Source: a virus (lineage: Duplodnaviria; Caudoviricetes). From it: 51,729 nucleotides of DNA. The DNA is taken from IMG/VR virus record IMGVR_UViG_3300049893_000693, positions 1 through 51,729 of that record; one strand, 5' to 3'. The position numbers were made by a program, and so were the translations under genes. The stretch's first letter is position 1. Every line of letters begins with the position of its first letter. The notes under the pieces were generated by a model. The model was not told where the DNA came from. It ran no database searches and worked only from the letters and a program-made list of their open reading frames with translations. This document shows positions 16,917 through 26,142 of the stretch, in pieces.

Positions 16917-17138
16917 ATGCCAGACAACCTTACTCACCTCATCGAACTGCTCGCTATCGCCTACACTGGCGATCCCGAGTGGATGGACATGATGCACGAA
17001 CAGCGCCAGGAGGTCCTGCGTAAGATGACGCGGGCCTTTGAGGCGCTGCAAACGTATGTGATGTCACTCCCCGAGACCGCTTTCGACCCTGTAACTCAAG
17101 CCACTACTCCAACCCCCGAGGACCCTCCACATGCCTAA
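16917..17138 (+). CDS. Hypothetical protein
   Basis: AAGGA SD; tight gene packing. Confidence 0.6.
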   Translation: MPDNLTHLIELLAIAYTGDPEWMDMMHEQRQEVLRKMTRAFEALQTYVMSLPETAFDPVTQATTPTPEDPPHA

Positions 17139-17328
17139 GCGCCTTACAATCTACATGACGGACGAAGACGTTATGAAACTAGATCATCTTCAGGCTACTA
17201 CGCACTTGAAGCCGTCCCAGCTTATCCGCATGGCGCTGGCGGCACTGCCCCAGTATATCGAAGCCGCAACGGTTCCAGTTCCCGAAGCCGCAACGGTTCC
17301 AGTTCCCGAAGCCGTGGTGGAGGAATGA
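17131..17328 (+). CDS. Ribbon-helix-helix (CopG-like) DNA-binding protein
   Basis: KRLTIYM beta ribbon followed by L..L......PSQLIRMAL. Confidence 0.75.
   Translation: MPKRLTIYMTDEDVMKLDHLQATTHLKPSQLIRMALAALPQYIEAATVPVPEAATVPVPEAVVEE
17259..17314 (+). repeat. 24-bp tandem repeat CGAAGCCGCAACGGTTCCAGTTCC x2.3
   Basis: Read directly; encodes EAATVPVP x2. Confidence 0.95.
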
Positions 17329-17329
17329 C

Positions 17330-17911
17330 ATGGACCATCCAGAGTTTAAGGGGTGGCCGTCTATCCAGCGGCTCTCCTCTGAAACCATGTATATCACGGA
17401 GAAAATAGATGGGACAAACGGTATTATTCACGTATCAGAATCCGGGACGGTACTCGCTGGTTCACGGAATAGATGGCTGTCGCAGCCGGATGGATCACCA
17501 CCATCCAGTAAATCGGACGATAATTTTGGTTTTGCCCAATGGGTCTACGAGAATACAGACGGTTTGCGAAGACTTGGACCAGGGTATCATTACGGAGAAT
17601 GGTACGGTTCAGGTATCCAACGTCGATACGGGTTATCGACGCGACAGTGGTGCAACTTTGCGTATTATAGAACGGACAGTGACGTGGTTTGGCAACAGGT
17701 TCCACTTCTTTACTCAGGCCCTTTCTCGCCCGAGGCCATCACTGAATGCGTGGAACGGCTCAGATCCACTGGGTCCGTCCTTGTACCAGGATTCATGGAC
17801 CCCGAGGGAGTAGTCGTAACCTTCAAGCATATTCCAGGCAAGTTCAAGAAGTTCTGCAAGAATGACGCGCTCCACAAGTTCCAGCAGGCGGATGCATGCC
17901 AAACACCCTAG
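17330..17911 (+). CDS. RNA ligase (Rnl2-like nucleotidyltransferase domain)
   Basis: TEKIDGTN (motif I), GSRNR, GEWYG.GIQ, PEGVVV, C-terminal KK. Confidence 0.85.
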   Translation: MDHPEFKGWPSIQRLSSETMYITEKIDGTNGIIHVSESGTVLAGSRNRWLSQPDGSPPSSKSDDNFGFAQWVYENTDGLRRLGPGYHYGEWYGSGIQRRYGLSTRQWCNFAYYRTDSDVVWQQVPLLYSGPFSPEAITECVERLRSTGSVLVPGFMDPEGVVVTFKHIPGKFKKFCKNDALHKFQQADACQTP

Positions 17912-18435
17912 ACCATGAAGTATGGATCGGAGTTGTGGGGTATGAAGGACGATACTCCGTATCGAACTTAGGTAATGTACGCCGCGAGAACCATACTATC
18001 GTACGCCGCGACGGCGTACCGCAGAGTTACTCTCAGCGACCAATGCTTCCGGTTATCCGAGAGGATGGTAGGTATGATGTCGTAATTGGTGGGCGTAGGC
18101 AGCGTATAGCCCATTTAGTTGCTCGCGCTTTTCTCGGCCCGCGCCCGAATGGGTATGTAGTTAGTCATAAGGATGGGAACAAAACGAATGATAGGTTGAC
18201 AAATCTAGCCTATATGTCTAAATCACAAAACCAGACTAATGTCGCGGATGGCCTACATAAACATAATACTTCTGGCTATCGTGGTATTACTTTTAGTAAA
18301 GGGCAGAACATCTGGCGCGGGGTCGTTGTGGTAGAAGGTAAACGATACGGCAAATCAAGTGTAAACAAAGAGGTCGTAATAGCGTGGCGTAAACATATGG
18401 AACAAAAATACCGACTAGACCAGAGGATAGCATGA
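17896..18435 (+). CDS. NUMOD4-HNH homing endonuclease
   Basis: EVW..V.GYEGRYSVSNLGNVR; HKDGNKTND...NL; NTSGYRGI. Confidence 0.9.
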   Translation: MPNTLDHEVWIGVVGYEGRYSVSNLGNVRRENHTIVRRDGVPQSYSQRPMLPVIREDGRYDVVIGGRRQRIAHLVARAFLGPRPNGYVVSHKDGNKTNDRLTNLAYMSKSQNQTNVADGLHKHNTSGYRGITFSKGQNIWRGVVVVEGKRYGKSSVNKEVVIAWRKHMEQKYRLDQRIA

Positions 18436-19136
18436 AACCAACCCTACTGATCTCCGATCTGCACCAGCCGCATACACACCCGGACGCTTTAGCCTTCTTA
18501 TGTAAGGTACGCGATACGTATCGAACAACCCAAACTATTTGTCTAGGAGATGAGGCAGATGGCCACGCCATATCTTTTCATACTCCAAACCCGGATCTAC
18601 GCTCACCAGGAGACGAACTAGAAGCCGCAAAGCAGGGGTTACGTAAGTTTCACGCAGAGTTTCCTCGCATGCGCTTATGTGAATCAAATCACGGTTCTCT
18701 GTACTATCGTCGGGCGATTGAGCACGGATTACCTCGCGCAGTCCTACGCAATTACGAGGAAATCTACGGTCTGCGCGGATGGAGTTGGCACCACGAAATT
18801 GTCGAAACCGTTGGTGATGGTATTCCGATTGTATTACGTCATCAATTCGGTTCTAACACAAAAACAGCTTTAGCCCGAGCGGGAGGAACCTGCATTGTAC
18901 AAGCACATTACCACTCTTCGGCAGATTGCGTATGGTATAACAGTCCTCGTGGCCGTCTGTTTGGCCTTACAGTTGGGTGTCTTATTGACTCTGCTGGCCT
19001 TGCCTTTGCTTACAATCGTCTCGATCTGGCGCGGCCTATCCTCGGTTGCGGCGTCATTGTGGACGGGCTGCCGATATTTGTTCCGATGTGGTTGACCAGC
19101 CGGGGTCGCTGGACCGGGCGGGTAAGCCATGCTTAA
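18432..19136 (+). CDS. Calcineurin-like metallophosphoesterase
   Basis: ISDLH.P, LGDEAD, SNH, AHYH. Confidence 0.9.
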   Translation: MKPTLLISDLHQPHTHPDALAFLCKVRDTYRTTQTICLGDEADGHAISFHTPNPDLRSPGDELEAAKQGLRKFHAEFPRMRLCESNHGSLYYRRAIEHGLPRAVLRNYEEIYGLRGWSWHHEIVETVGDGIPIVLRHQFGSNTKTALARAGGTCIVQAHYHSSADCVWYNSPRGRLFGLTVGCLIDSAGLAFAYNRLDLARPILGCGVIVDGLPIFVPMWLTSRGRWTGRVSHA

Positions 19137-19329
19137 CCTGCTGGACCGAGCGCCAGAGGACGATGAGGATACCTTCATCCGCCAGTCTATGGATATGTCA
19201 CGCCGCGTAGACTGGTATGTGTTCACCTGTTATCTTAGCAATCGTCGAGTAGTTGTATACTCCAGGACCAACCTGTGTCCGATCAGGTGTGACAAGTTCG
19301 ATTCCATGCTCCTAACAGCGTCGAGGTAA
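19129..19329 (+). CDS. Hypothetical protein
   Basis: ORF fills the gap between neighbours. Confidence 0.45.
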   Translation: MLNLLDRAPEDDEDTFIRQSMDMSRRVDWYVFTCYLSNRRVVVYSRTNLCPIRCDKFDSMLLTASR

Positions 19330-19330
19330 T

Positions 19331-19432
19331 ATGGACGATCGTTTCCTTTTCATGTGTGGTTTAGTCCTGGTTCTCCTAGCTATCATCTACACTCCACCCC
19401 CTTCACCACCCCCATCCATGAGGCCCTCATGA
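19331..19432 (+). CDS. Small membrane peptide, 33 aa (not in ORF track)
   Basis: GAGGT SD; FLFMCGLVLVLLAIIY followed by Pro-rich tail; ATGA overlap with next gene. Confidence 0.55.
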   Translation: MDDRFLFMCGLVLVLLAIIYTPPPSPPPSMRPS

Positions 19433-19653
19433 ATAAAGATCGCATCGTAGACCGCAAAAAGCAGGTTGGTGGCAATCATTACAATAAGTATAAGATCCAA
19501 CCGTGGGATGTGATATTGGCTTATAAACTAGATTATTTCGAGGGCAACACGCTCAAGTACCTGTTACGTCATAAGGCCAACAGACTGGAGGACCTAAAGA
19601 AGGCTGCCCACTACTTAGAGCAGGCCATATACAACCTAGAGGCCACGAAATAA
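19429..19653 (+). CDS. DUF3310 / T7 gp1.7-like nucleotide kinase family protein
   Basis: QVGGNHY..YKIQPWD, FEGN.LKY..R, EDLKKA.HYL. Confidence 0.85.
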   Translation: MNKDRIVDRKKQVGGNHYNKYKIQPWDVILAYKLDYFEGNTLKYLLRHKANRLEDLKKAAHYLEQAIYNLEATK

Positions 19654-20096
19654 TGCCCTTCAAGACCCCCGAAGAGCGTAAAGCGTACCAGCGCGCATAC
19701 TACAAAACCCATGCCGCTCGATATCGAGCCGCCGCGAGGGCTAGATACCAGCTAGAACGTGAAGGTAAAATCTCATACGTACGCGACTGGGTAGCGCGCA
19801 ACCGCGATAGAGTGCGTAAAACTTCCCTTAACTCGTATCTGAAACGGACATATGGTATCTCATATGAGGACTACCACGCACGGTTGGAAGCACAGGGGCA
19901 TAAATGCGCCATCTGTGGGGTTCATGCCGACGATCTGTGGAGCAAACACCGCCGCCTAGTCGTAGACCATAATCATGCCACGGGACTCGTGCGCTCGTTA
20001 CTGTGCCAGCAATGTAATACAGTGATAGGGATGGCGCGCGAGTCGCCGAGCGTTTTAACTAGTGCCATAACCTATTTGACCACGGAGCGCAAATGA
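19653..20096 (+). CDS. Recombination endonuclease VII family nuclease
   Basis: YGIS..DY....Q...CAICG, LVVDHNH.TG.VR.LLC..CN. Confidence 0.9.
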   Translation: MPFKTPEERKAYQRAYYKTHAARYRAAARARYQLEREGKISYVRDWVARNRDRVRKTSLNSYLKRTYGISYEDYHARLEAQGHKCAICGVHADDLWSKHRRLVVDHNHATGLVRSLLCQQCNTVIGMARESPSVLTSAITYLTTERK

Positions 20097-20266
20097 ATAT
20101 ACACATATATGTAAGTTCAACCCCGATTAGTCCTCCAAATGACGATTGGGTAAGGTTCAATTTCCCTGAGACTAGACCTCTTCCATCCGCTAATTGGATG
20201 GGCGAGGTCTTATCTAGTGCTATAGATATACTCTTGGAGACCAAAAGTGTCGATACTAGCCATTGA
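20093..20266 (+). CDS. Hypothetical protein, 57 aa (not in ORF track)
   Basis: GGAG SD, ATGA overlap, fills the gap. Confidence 0.45.
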   Translation: MNIHIYVSSTPISPPNDDWVRFNFPETRPLPSANWMGEVLSSAIDILLETKSVDTSH

Positions 20267-20684
20267 CTGTGACTTCAAGAAGCACTACGCGGTGGACACG
20301 ACCGGGTTGGTTTGGTTAAAGGCGTCGGACAACTGGGGCGCTCCATACCACGAATGGAGCCATTTCGACGCGATTCTATTTGAAATAGCTTCGCCAGTAG
20401 ATTATACCCCAGATGGTAACAAAGCCATCGCGTATAACAAACGGAAATGGACCATCTGGAACGTGGCTCAGGCCGTCCATCTGGCAGATGTCAATTCATG
20501 CCGCAATTTCCTGGTCGCCTCCTCCTCCCAATGGACCAAGGGCTACGACCTCAAGACGCGGCACCATATGGCTGGGTGCAAGCAGAAACAGAAGGATCTG
20601 CGCGAATGCGAAGCGATGATTTGGTTCTACAAGCAGGACCCAAGTGCCTGGGTCCCGCTACCGCAGTACTTATCCGCGCTTTAA
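20247..20684 (+). CDS. Putative RuvC-like (RNase H fold) resolvase
   Basis: N-terminal ILAID, ILFE, W.K, C-terminal EA pattern. Confidence 0.5.
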   Translation: MSILAIDCDFKKHYAVDTTGLVWLKASDNWGAPYHEWSHFDAILFEIASPVDYTPDGNKAIAYNKRKWTIWNVAQAVHLADVNSCRNFLVASSSQWTKGYDLKTRHHMAGCKQKQKDLRECEAMIWFYKQDPSAWVPLPQYLSAL

Positions 20685-23600
20685 TCGACCATATCGGCCA
20701 GACTCTCCAGCCACATATCCTGTAGGCGGATCTGGCGCATCGCAGTAGGTCCAAGGGTTGCGCGTAGTGCGCGTTCGGCTGCCCAGCGTTCGTCACTGTC
20801 CTCACCGCCCTTGAGTTTGTCCAACAAGCGGCGGTCGAGGATGGCATTACGCAAATCCGCCGTATCTTTGTCCAGCTTGAACAGCATACGTGTGGCATCG
20901 CTAATAGCTTTTCGGCGAGCCGTGCCGTCTTTATTCTTGGCTGCGATGATTATACGTTTAGCCGCTTTGCTGACTTCGCTCAATTCGCCCATTCCGCCAG
21001 TCAATGGCCGACTCATCATATCAGGATTCTTCTCGGCCCATTTATAGAAGCTATTGGTTGCCATCCGGCGATTAGGGTCTTCTCCGATCGCCGCTGACCA
21101 GCCCAGCATATCCCGCATAGCTCCAGCGGCCGGAGTCTGATTGATCAACATACCACGACGACCTAGGACCGCGTCATAGAATCCATCATCTTCAATCGCA
21201 CCGTAGGTCTTTACTAGATCCGCAACCTTAGCACCAGGATAGCTCAGTGCCCTAATAGCATCTTCGGCCGTGAGTTTACCCGGCTTTCTAGCCGCGCCGA
21301 TCGTGTCCAGAGCCGCTTGCATAGACCCGCCAACAAAGGCTCGCCATGCGGTCTCATACACAAAGTTATCAAGATTTTCTACCTTCTGCTTAACTCCAGT
21401 CGTACCCCCACGCAGGAAGGCCAGCGCCGTGACAGTTGCCGCGCCTCCAAGGCCGAGTCCGGCGACCTTAGATAGCAGATTGGCGGCATGTCCAGTTGCT
21501 TCCCATCCCTCCCCCCGATTCATGGCCGAGACAAAGTTGTCGGTCATACGGACGAAGTTGCGCATCTGTTGTTCAGCGAATGAGGCAAACGCTGGCCCAT
21601 ATTTACGCAGCAGGCCGTATCGCTGCAAGAGACCTTGGGACGCTTTACTCGCTCCTTCACTGGTAGTAGCTTCTACGACCTTCCTAGCAAGTAAGCCCAC
21701 ATCTGATTGCTTGATCTGGCCGTCTAACATACGCATAGCCTCAGCTTCAGAGAAGCCGAGATTCTTCAGGCGGGCCATCTCGTACTTAGATCCCCGCAAC
21801 TTCCCACTTGCCATAGTCGCTGCGTAGTCCACTGCCGCGTTTGCCGCAGTGAGCGCCGAGAAGCGATTCATACTAATCTTGTGTGACATCGTACGTATAA
21901 GATTAGCCGCGACGTTCGCCGCCGAGCCACCAAGATCGACCATATCAACGGGCAGCGCCCCAATCTTTTCAGCCGCTTGACCTGATGCCCTGTATTCAGT
22001 GATCGCTTGGACTAACCCCTTAGCGAGACTCTTAGCCGGAACAGACCCAGCGTGGCCTAACACTCCAAGTGTATTACCTATGCCGCTTAACGACAGATTC
22101 AACGCTCGACCTGGAATAGTCAGAGCATTATTAAACTTATCCAGCAGTTTAGGCGTCTGCACTCCCAAGTCCCGGCCATGCAGCGACTGGAAAGCCTTAT
22201 GAATTGCCGCGCTCGCCGTGGAACCAATTTCTGCGTCTTCAAACCGCTCCATACTGGAGGGGTCCCAGGCTTTACCAAACTCCTTAATGAAGGCGATACG
22301 ATTAGCGGCGCCTCCTGTTACTTTACGGATATACGACGGTAGGTTTAGGTCCAACACCGGAATATGCTTGCCATTAACGTAGATGTCGGATGGAAACCAC
22401 TTGAAGACACGCGTCATTTCCATGGCGTCGCGTTTGATCATTGCATCACTAGCTGAGTGCCCGATCTGTTGAATCTGATCCATCCAGGCTTTGATCGCCT
22501 CGGGGTTCTCGCCATGGCGTTCCAGGGCCTTAGCAAATATCTCGCGTGTGCCCTTAGTATTCTGCAAAGCCGAAACAAACTCGTCAGTGACAAAGCGGTT
22601 AAAGCCCCGTCCACCTTCATATCCCTTAAATGTGCCTCCAAGCACTTTCTCTACCCCAGCTTTGCGCGCCCAATCACCTGTCAGTTTGTTGACAGCGTGT
22701 ATGGCTTTTACCGCTCCAGCCAGGAACGGCGAAAGCCCCGTGGTATTCCCCGTATCCAGCGCATGAAGTAAGGGACTACGTACTGCTGCCGTAGCTTTAG
22801 TCTCGATTAATTGATTATGATTGGAGGGCAACGATGCCCGCCGAACCTCTTTTGCTTTGACTAAGTTAAGGCCCGTAGATACATCTCGAATAGCCTTACT
22901 CACGGTTTCGCCCGCTTCTCCTTGCAGGCGAGACGATTCCATCTCCGTTTTGCGGATACGTTCGGCGGTCTTGGTAGCCCCAAGAGACTTCACCTGTTCC
23001 CAAGCAGATTTTACCGGACGTGTGAGGAACCCCCACGGTTTGGTTACAGTTTCGGGCGGTAGACCAGCGTGCATCTCAAGTTCCGCCCGCGCCAATCTTT
23101 CCTGTTCGGCTTGCCACGCTGCCGCGTCTTCAGCGGTTCCAGCGGGAGCGACCTCTTTCGGCGTATTCGCCTCAGCCGCCGCGCGGGCGCGTTCAGTTTC
23201 GCGCAGTCTGATTTGTTCGGCGGCGTCGTGCGTAGCCTGTGGCGTATCCACGACCTCTTCATCGAGCTTCGCCGCCATCTCTTCCTGCGCCTGCTTGGCT
23301 TTAACATCTTCCCGAGCACTACGTTCGAGGTCACTAAGACTAACGTCGCCCTCAGCCGTCGCTACAGTGTCATAGGTTTGTTTCAGTTTACGAGTAGCAC
23401 TATTACCTTGTCCGACGATTCTGGATATGGCATTCTCCAGTTTGCCGAGTTTGTCTATTGCTACTGGATCTCCTCTATCCGCGCGCGCCCGCAACTTCCC
23501 AGCCTTCTCGTACAAAGATATAAGCTGCTTTTCTTCAACTGGATTGAGGGGACCCCGTTCGACCTCTTGTGGTCCTTTAGGTTGAATGCCTTTCTTGCGT

Positions 23601-25285
23601 CTTGACTTCTCCGCTCGTGCAGCAGCCTCCGCGCGCTTCTGTTCGAGCGTTTTTGGGGTGCGCGGAGTTTTCGCTTTGGGTGGGGTCGTGGTAAGCGGGA
23701 CCGCCTCTACTTGCGGCAATCCTTCGGCGGGCTGGACCCCTGCTTCGCGGACTTCGGGTTGGACCTGGGCGGGCTGGACCCGGCCTTCGGGTTCACCGAG
23801 CGGTGCTGGAGATCCCCGCTGCCCTGGCCCGAGGTCCTCTGGCCGAGGCTGGCCTGGCGGGCTTTCAACTGCGCTGACTGGCGCTGGGGCGTTGTCCCCT
23901 TGGTTCGTGGGCGGAAGGCTTCGCTGAGGTTCATTTGGTATCTCCGGTAAAACGGGAGGTTTAGGTGGTTCTACCTGTACGGTATCACCGATATGAGTGG
24001 TCGCAGTAAGTGGTTTCGCTTCAACTGGTGGAACACCTGGCAATTCGGGCGGCGCGGTAGGTTCAGGAGTAGAAGGCGCAGTATCCTTCGGAGCACGGAC
24101 TTTCCCGCGCTCTGCTCCTACCGGTGGGGCGGGCGGTTCCATCGCTGGAGGTGCCACCGTATCTCGCGTATTCCACAAAGGCGGCTGAGTCGGTTCCGGC
24201 ACCGGAACCGTCGTATCGTACAGCGGCGGCTGTGTCGGTTCTGGCACCGGGGGACGATCCAGCCCCAACTCATTAGGCGGGACCATGCGATCCGGCATAG
24301 GTTTAGCGCGAGTCATGTCCACAGCGACCGGAGGCGCTATTTCAGGTGGCGTCACCCCAGGAGCGACTGGACGTGGTTGTGGAAGATCGACGACTACGGT
24401 ATCTCCTGTTCGTGTAGTTCCGGTGGTCTGTGGCCGTGTGCGACCTCGCCCCAAGAAGGCCATCGCTACTCCAAGCCCACCACCAATTCCAGCGGACATT
24501 GGCGTTGATCGGAGTTCTTGCATCGCTCGCTCACGGTCCCCCGCTATACCAGATGCACCCGCTGCGATTGCTGGAAAGGCTATACCGAGACCTGTCGCTT
24601 TAGCTATCGTCGGAATAAAAGCTCGAGACGGGGCCAAACCTTCCAACGCTCTCGGAAGTGCTGCTGCTGATACTCCTTCAAGTACTCCCGCTGTAGCCGA
24701 GGCATAGGGATTTGCCCCAGCTTTATCTGAATCATACATACGTGCCCCAGCTAAAGCCGGGGCTTTTATTAACGTAGCACCAGGTATCATCCAGGTAGCC
24801 AAATCACTGCCAACTCGTCCGACCTCAGCCCCGAGCGTTTCATTCTGCGCTTTTACCGCGCCGCCCATTTCGGCTAGACTGTTTGGATCGCTTTCGCCAC
24901 GCATCTGGCGGGCACCCCGTTCCAGGTCTTCGACAGTTCGGGAACCTAGTCCACCCATCACCCGCAACGTTTTAGCCCCCTGCACCACAAAATCCCCAGC
25001 CGCCTGCCTAATACCAGCACCAATCTCCCCTGGCAGTTCTGTAGTTTTACGGAAAGCTGAACTGAGGACACCTTCAGGCGGGGCAGCGCGCGAGGTCTCT
25101 AGTGGACGGGACTGCGCCCATACATCAGTGTCAAACCGTTTCTTGTTAAACTTGGGATTCGCAAATAAACCTTGCTCACTCGCGCGACTGGCCACCCGCG
25201 AAGCAATATTTTCTTGGGACAAGTCCTTGCCTTCAGAGGACAATTCTTGTTTAGCCAACTCGATGAAGCGTGAAAGATCGGGCAT
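20681..25285 (-). CDS. Large internal virion / DNA ejection protein, 1534 aa
   Basis: Last late gene; Gly/Ala hydrophobic helices, long Pro-rich linker with PVPEPTQPPL repeat; podovirus synteny. Confidence 0.7.
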   Translation of the reverse strand: MPDLSRFIELAKQELSSEGKDLSQENIASRVASRASEQGLFANPKFNKKRFDTDVWAQSRPLETSRAAPPEGVLSSAFRKTTELPGEIGAGIRQAAGDFVVQGAKTLRVMGGLGSRTVEDLERGARQMRGESDPNSLAEMGGAVKAQNETLGAEVGRVGSDLATWMIPGATLIKAPALAGARMYDSDKAGANPYASATAGVLEGVSAAALPRALEGLAPSRAFIPTIAKATGLGIAFPAIAAGASGIAGDRERAMQELRSTPMSAGIGGGLGVAMAFLGRGRTRPQTTGTTRTGDTVVVDLPQPRPVAPGVTPPEIAPPVAVDMTRAKPMPDRMVPPNELGLDRPPVPEPTQPPLYDTTVPVPEPTQPPLWNTRDTVAPPAMEPPAPPVGAERGKVRAPKDTAPSTPEPTAPPELPGVPPVEAKPLTATTHIGDTVQVEPPKPPVLPEIPNEPQRSLPPTNQGDNAPAPVSAVESPPGQPRPEDLGPGQRGSPAPLGEPEGRVQPAQVQPEVREAGVQPAEGLPQVEAVPLTTTPPKAKTPRTPKTLEQKRAEAAARAEKSRRKKGIQPKGPQEVERGPLNPVEEKQLISLYEKAGKLRARADRGDPVAIDKLGKLENAISRIVGQGNSATRKLKQTYDTVATAEGDVSLSDLERSAREDVKAKQAQEEMAAKLDEEVVDTPQATHDAAEQIRLRETERARAAAEANTPKEVAPAGTAEDAAAWQAEQERLARAELEMHAGLPPETVTKPWGFLTRPVKSAWEQVKSLGATKTAERIRKTEMESSRLQGEAGETVSKAIRDVSTGLNLVKAKEVRRASLPSNHNQLIETKATAAVRSPLLHALDTGNTTGLSPFLAGAVKAIHAVNKLTGDWARKAGVEKVLGGTFKGYEGGRGFNRFVTDEFVSALQNTKGTREIFAKALERHGENPEAIKAWMDQIQQIGHSASDAMIKRDAMEMTRVFKWFPSDIYVNGKHIPVLDLNLPSYIRKVTGGAANRIAFIKEFGKAWDPSSMERFEDAEIGSTASAAIHKAFQSLHGRDLGVQTPKLLDKFNNALTIPGRALNLSLSGIGNTLGVLGHAGSVPAKSLAKGLVQAITEYRASGQAAEKIGALPVDMVDLGGSAANVAANLIRTMSHKISMNRFSALTAANAAVDYAATMASGKLRGSKYEMARLKNLGFSEAEAMRMLDGQIKQSDVGLLARKVVEATTSEGASKASQGLLQRYGLLRKYGPAFASFAEQQMRNFVRMTDNFVSAMNRGEGWEATGHAANLLSKVAGLGLGGAATVTALAFLRGGTTGVKQKVENLDNFVYETAWRAFVGGSMQAALDTIGAARKPGKLTAEDAIRALSYPGAKVADLVKTYGAIEDDGFYDAVLGRRGMLINQTPAAGAMRDMLGWSAAIGEDPNRRMATNSFYKWAEKNPDMMSRPLTGGMGELSEVSKAAKRIIIAAKNKDGTARRKAISDATRMLFKLDKDTADLRNAILDRRLLDKLKGGEDSDERWAAERALRATLGPTAMRQIRLQDMWLESLADMVD

Positions 25286-25298
25286 TGTATTCCTTTAC

Positions 25299-26141
25299 TT
25301 ACTCATCTGAATACGCGGTAGCCAGATCCGCCCAAGTCGCCGCTGGTTCAGCAGTTCCGGGCGACGAACCCTGTCGGGCGATTTCATCGTCCATCTCTTT
25401 TAATTGTTCCCCAAGATTAGCTTTCTCTTCGGGCGTGAGATCCCTAGAGGTATAACGTTTGAAGATTTTATTGCGCTCTTCTCTTAGTTTATCTAGCGGA
25501 ATATTCCGACCACTCGATCCAGTTGAGGGGGTCCATTTCTTCGCCTTCTCAGCTAAAGCCTCCTTCAACTTAACATCGGCCTCAGTTCCTCGGCGTTTAA
25601 GGTCCATATCTTGCTGCCGCGAAACAAATGCCTGTCGCGCCGCCGATTCATCAGGAGACATCGAGATACGCCCCGGACTCATCGGTATCGCCCCAAAGGC
25701 CGTAGACATGAACTTTGGCGCCTCAGCCCCAGTGATAGTTGGCGCTGCTCGACCTTCAGAAATATCGACCAGCCGCTGATGAGTCTGTGAGGCGTCATGC
25801 TGCCGTTTCGTCTCCTCTAGTGTAGCGCGCTGCTGTTGTTCCATACGTTGACGATGAAGTTGGTTCTCAAACGTATCAACTTCCCGCAGTCCGAAGTCTC
25901 GTTCCGCCAGTCCACGCAGCCACTGCGACTGGTCCTGTTGTGCAGCGAACTGTTGCTGTCTAAACGCATCATCGCGCTTCTGATTCTCGAACGCCATGGC
26001 CATGCGCTGGCGATCCATGTCTTGCTGCTGTTGCTGCATACGGTTCTGCTGCATCTGCGCAGGCAGTTGCATAGAGGCGTTGATGAGACCTTGGAATCCG
26101 GCAGCGAGGCCACCTGGAGTCATGATTGCTTCGGCGTTCAT
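25299..26141 (-). CDS. Gln-rich internal virion (ejection) protein
   Basis: Q/R-rich coiled coil; synteny. Confidence 0.6.
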   Translation of the reverse strand: MNAEAIMTPGGLAAGFQGLINASMQLPAQMQQNRMQQQQQDMDRQRMAMAFENQKRDDAFRQQQFAAQQDQSQWLRGLAERDFGLREVDTFENQLHRQRMEQQQRATLEETKRQHDASQTHQRLVDISEGRAAPTITGAEAPKFMSTAFGAIPMSPGRISMSPDESAARQAFVSRQQDMDLKRRGTEADVKLKEALAEKAKKWTPSTGSSGRNIPLDKLREERNKIFKRYTSRDLTPEEKANLGEQLKEMDDEIARQGSSPGTAEPAATWADLATAYSDE

Positions 26142-26142
26142 A

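Noticed and set aside
17896-18435. HNH gene as part of a group I intron
   Set aside because: It overlaps both neighbours, which look complete, leaving no room for intron core structure; treated as free-standing
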